Shown here: positions 60,088-64,000 of the stretch, piece by piece
Layout: the number at the start of each line of letters is the position of its first letter
Position numbering within the stretch: the stretch's first letter is position 1
Origin: Patellaria atrata CBS 101060
Lineage: Eukaryota
NCBI GenBank assembly: GCA_010093705.1
Contig: MU006107.1
Location: 418,031 to 482,030 of the forward strand
DNA: 64,000 nt
Direction of reading: 5' to 3'
Notes under the pieces: model-generated
The model's database searches: none
Told to the model about the DNA's origin: nothing
The model's input: the letters and a program-made list of their open reading frames with translations, nothing else
Program-made: the position numbers and the translations under genes

Positions 60088-61114
60088 ATGGCATCAGCAA
60101 CTGGTATTCCTGATCAGAACCCTTCGACCATTGGTCGTGGTGAAGATGAGCCTTTGCTAGGAAGAGCAGGAGATGCCAGTCAACAGGAAGGAAAGCCGCT
60201 ATACTACAATCCTTTTCTAGGTGAGTGCCCTTACGCCCTCTACATGTTATTAAACAGATCAAAGGAAGCGCTAAAACTAAAGGCTTATGAAAGGTACTGC
60301 CGTGCTTGCTCAAGCAGGTATATGGATCGTACGTCCTCCTCCCCCCGAAAGATTTCCAACCCCCCCCCCCCCTCCCCTTCCCTTGGCCGAATAGCACTAA
60401 TAAGGATTTCCAGCTTTTAGGTATAGTCTGGGGCGGGATCTTCTCCCATGACTTGATACTCTTCTCGGCGCATCCTGTAAGTTAACAGCGTCTCTACAAT
60501 CCAGGCATTTCTTGTTTCCTCTGAACTCGTCACAGACGCTCACGCCTCACAGTTGCTCAATTCTGTAAGTACTTCAGCATACTACCATACATGTCATCGC
60601 ATCTGATCACGGACCCGTGCCATATAAGACCGGCATCCTCTTCAGCACTCAAGCCATTTTGCTCCTCCAACCTACCCATACTTCCTCCCAAAAGAGGTCC
60701 GGTACCTACGCCCACCTGATCTCCAACGATCTTGCCATCTTGCTACTCATCGCCGGCTTAATCGTCATCGAATACAACAAGTTCAGTCATGGTGGTGCTC
60801 ATTTCGAATCCCCTCATGCCGTCTTTGGCTTGATGACGTATATACTCCTCGCTCTTCAAGCCACCGTGGGTGTTACCATGTACTTCGTTCCGAGCCTGTA
60901 TGGCGGCATAGACAACGCGAAGAAAGCGTGGAAGTATCACCGTATGAGTGGCTACCTAACGTTATTGTTCATGCTCATGACCGTCGCGGCGGCGACACAG
61001 ACCACCTACAACATTGCAGTTCTGCATATCAACCTTTGGGCGGTGTTGGTTGCCGCCGTTTTGACGTGGATGGGAGTGCTGGCGCGAGTGAAAAAGCAGA
61101 AATTGGGTCTGTAA
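60088..61114 (+). CDS. Cytochrome b561 family membrane protein, 5 exons
   Basis: Spliced: ...EDEPLLGR...YNPFL|GTAVLAQAGIWI|LLGIVWGGIFSHDLILFSAHP|LLNS|TGILFSTQAILLLQP...; four candidate heme-ligand His (SAHP, YAHL, SPHAVFG, KYHRMSG). Confidence 0.88.
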
Positions 61115-62810
61115 GTATGGTTATGTGTGGTTCTACGAAGACAGAAGAAGCGACTACAGGCATCTCTAGAGAAATACTCAGGTGGAATGCGAATGTGGTC
61201 CTCGAACCACAGATGAAGATACGGACGTGCTTAGCACTTATCCCCGATATCATATTGTCATGACACTATACCTCCGCGGATTGAGCACTATGCTATGTCC
61301 ACAGCTTCAACTGGAGCATCCTTTCTGCAAAATGCTGAAGTAGGATGCATAATGAATCTTTGTGTCAGAACGGCGCGTTTGATAGTATACCCTTCCGATT
61401 GATAGATGGATGTAAAGCACCGACCCTTTATGATCCAGAAATATCGGATAAACAGATCCCATCATATAGCTGGTCATCTCGTCGCTGACAAGCACTGATT
61501 TCTAAGCGTGCACCATTTCTTAAATGTGCAACGTAAGATCTTTCCAGTATATGGTTCGACAATATATCCACAAAAGATTTCACGCAACAGAGTCTGCACA
61601 TTAATACAAGAGCACCATACATTCATTTATTCATTGAAGGTATAAGGTGTGATGCGCAAGTCCACCCTATTGCAACTATGTCCCAGACTTGGGATGATCT
61701 GGATTCCAGTCTAAGCCAAATGGTGCCGAACCCACACGACGATATGCTAATGCCGCGTAGAACACCTAAATTCTCCCAATTCTCCCAGTCCGTAAATGCG
61801 TCTCCACTTCGAGCGTCCAGATATCCCTATATTTACAATGTCAAGTCTGTATGACTTTGACGAGAAGAAAATGATTTACAGGAAATAATAAGCACCCTGC
61901 CCTCGGAAAGGAAATTCGCCGAATGCAACATACGGTAAAAGATCCATACCACTCCTACGAGCGCGATGATAAACAAACAGCCCCTCCGGAAATGAACTGT
62001 GAACAGTCAAAACAGTAGGGGCTCCTCCGCGCCAACAAAACCGAAACTCCCTGCCACAACTACGGACAGGAACTGCAAACCCCCATTGGAGATTATCCAA
62101 TTGTTAAGGGCGTACCGAAAAAGACTATTGAGAACTTTGATGCGGTCGCCTGCACTACATCAACGGTACGAAATGATGCCGCAAAGTATGCTACAAGTAC
62201 AATTAGCCGACTTAATAAAGAGCTCATGCCTTATATCCACGATAAATGCGGTAACAGACAAAAGTGTCAAGGACCATGATCGAAAGTACTATAGAATAAG
62301 ACGCTGAAGCCACATATTCCAGGAAATTGCCCCGGACATCGGCTTCATACTGGGTATAAAGGTAAAAATAAGGTATAGGAAAAGGCGGGCACAAAAATGA
62401 TGTTAGAGAAAGAAGAGTCCGGATATGAGATTGAAGCGACCCGAAACAAGATACAGAGAAGATCAATCTGGAATTCCCCGTTCTGAGATTCTGTTAAATT
62501 CTAATAGAAAGTGCAGAATGATATATAGTGTCCCAAAGTTCGAATGTGGTAAAAAAATATAGTCATCGAGAGGAAAAGGCATGAGGATATAATATCGTGC
62601 GATATAAGATCATGTCTAAGGGTGCGTAAGCGCGGTCCAAGCGTTTAATATCCGGACGATAACGATAAATATAAGGAGTGGTGCATGCACCTCGTTGAAT
62701 TTAACCAGAATTTGACATTTCAGAAAATCCTAGTATGACGGCTCAAAACTTGTGTAAAAACGGTGGTATCAAGCGTTAAAATCGCACCAACACTCCTCAA
62801 CGAATCAGGA

Positions 62811-63730
62811 CTAGCGTTTTGGCGAAGACGGGGCTGATACCCTTTCAGGAGCTAGCGGTACGTATTGTGCTGTCCCTGGTTGTCGCAACTCCGCTTGGAC
62901 CGAATGTGCTTGACCGGTGCGGGTGCTGGTACTGATGTCACCACGATCGTGATGCTGGGCATGCCATTGCTGGCTCTGCTGATCTGGATGTTCCGAGATT
63001 GTATGACTGTATTGTCTGTTCGGATTAGGCTCGTAGCTACCTCTTGTGGAAGTGTCACTGCGAGTTCTAGTGTGTCCCCGTCGTCCCGGCGTTGACGCAG
63101 ATGAGGCGAGTTGAGAAAAGGAGGGAGATGTGTACTGGGGGGTTGAAGTTGGTAATGGAGCGGGTTGATGTGCTCCTTGTGCTTTCCTTTTCTTCGGAGA
63201 GCTGGCGTGTTCTGATTCAAATAGATGAGAAGATGCATGAGGGGAAGATCTCTGCACTGGAGCTTTACCTGAGGGTGTTGCAGGCGGATGATCTTTTGCT
63301 TTCTCCTTCTCGGATGAAGGGGGTACCCAGTGATGAAAATATATGTCTGGTGAAGGCGGATTCGGCTCCTGCGCGGCAGTATGCGTTTGGTGCAAGGGAT
63401 GAACTGCCGGAGGTATAGTTGGGGGTTGGTGGATCTGCATTTCGTTGGTTGTCAGACGCGGGAGCGTTGAGTGGGTTGACTTGGTACCGGAAAGTTGTTG
63501 GCCTACCAGACTAGATGCTCGAGTACGGTTTGCAGGGGACAGAGAGTATGCTGAACTTGCAAATGGGCCTGGTTGAGGAAGTGGAGCTGCCATCTGCTGT
63601 GTCGGAATTAAGGACGTACCGGGGACGGATTGGGGTGATGTCTGTGGACCCCCAAAAGCAGACGACTGGAGTACGTTGGCGATGCGGGATTCTCTCCTCA
63701 TTTCTGGAGATTGAGCTTGGTTGAGCGCCT

Positions 63731-63761
<31 letters not shown>

Positions 63762-64000
63762 AGCTGCCTGAAGTTGAGCGGCATATTGTTGGAGCCATTC
63801 GAGACTGACATTTGCAAGGTTTGCGCCCCCGATTCCAGCGAAAATCATCGGCACAAGGTGTGGCGGAACGCCGCCCTGCATCGATTCCCTTAACATTGCT
63901 TGCTCAATCCTCCGTTGCTCTAGCCGATACGACTCCTGCTGCGTCCTCAGATCTTCTTGCTTCATTTTCAGATCTTCTTGCCGCGTCTTTTCTTCCTCTT
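62811..64000 (-). CDS. Q/P/S-rich conserved-type fungal protein, 3' part (start beyond the right edge)
   Basis: Open frame to the window edge; coiled-coil-like RRQEDLKMKQEDLRTQQESYRLEQRRIEQAMLRES followed by GGVPPHLVPMIFAG, poly-Q, IYFHHWVPP and a basic SPKKRK NLS-like motif. Confidence 0.75.
63723..63762. repeat. CAG/CAA triplet tract encoding poly-Gln
   Basis: (TGC/TGT)n on the plus strand; about 11 consecutive Gln on the minus strand. Confidence 0.8.

Noticed and set aside
61115..62810. Short ORFs in the 1.7-kb gap between convergent genes
   Set aside because: Mostly non-ATG or compositionally UTR-like; best explained as 3' UTRs.
1..64000. CRISPR arrays, rRNA/tRNA genes, intact transposons, secondary-metabolite core genes
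   Set aside because: No regularly spaced repeats, LTR/TIR pairs, RT/transposase motifs, PKS/NRPS domains or RNA-gene signatures were recognised by eye.

Overview
Gene-dense (about 21 intact or partial genes plus 2 probable pseudogenes) eukaryotic DNA from a filamentous ascomycete (Pezizomycotina; short spliceosomal introns with CTRAY branch sites, standard genetic code). Left to right: syp1 (5' part), a Csk1/Cak1-like CMGC kinase, hymA/Mo25, a PAS-containing hybrid histidine kinase, AP-1 beta adaptin, a small Cys-rich ORF, a HIRIP3-like chromatin protein, a broken secreted beta/gamma-crystallin-like gene, a broken DHA1 MFS transporter, a 1,222-aa conserved hypothetical protein, a DHA2/ATR1-like MFS transporter, a Zn2Cys6 transcription factor, TPS1, a DUF3824-like RS-rich protein, an acyltransferase-3 protein, RAD3/XPD, RKR1/LTN1, RPA1, PRP3, a cytochrome b561 protein and the 3' part of a Q/P-rich protein. 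No rRNA, tRNA, CRISPR or intact transposon was recognised. The most notable observations, several invisible in the ORF track: (1) a KIX-like coactivator domain spliced onto the N-terminus of the CDK-activating kinase from three small exons with apparently non-canonical splice sites; (2) an 8-mer TACCTTAC/GTAAGGTA strongly enriched in intergenic DNA, with six copies upstream of the histidine kinase; (3) a GAF-like domain scattered over about 450 residues in that kinase; (4) two adjacent, recently inactivated genes. All family assignments are from motif recognition by eye; no searches were run.
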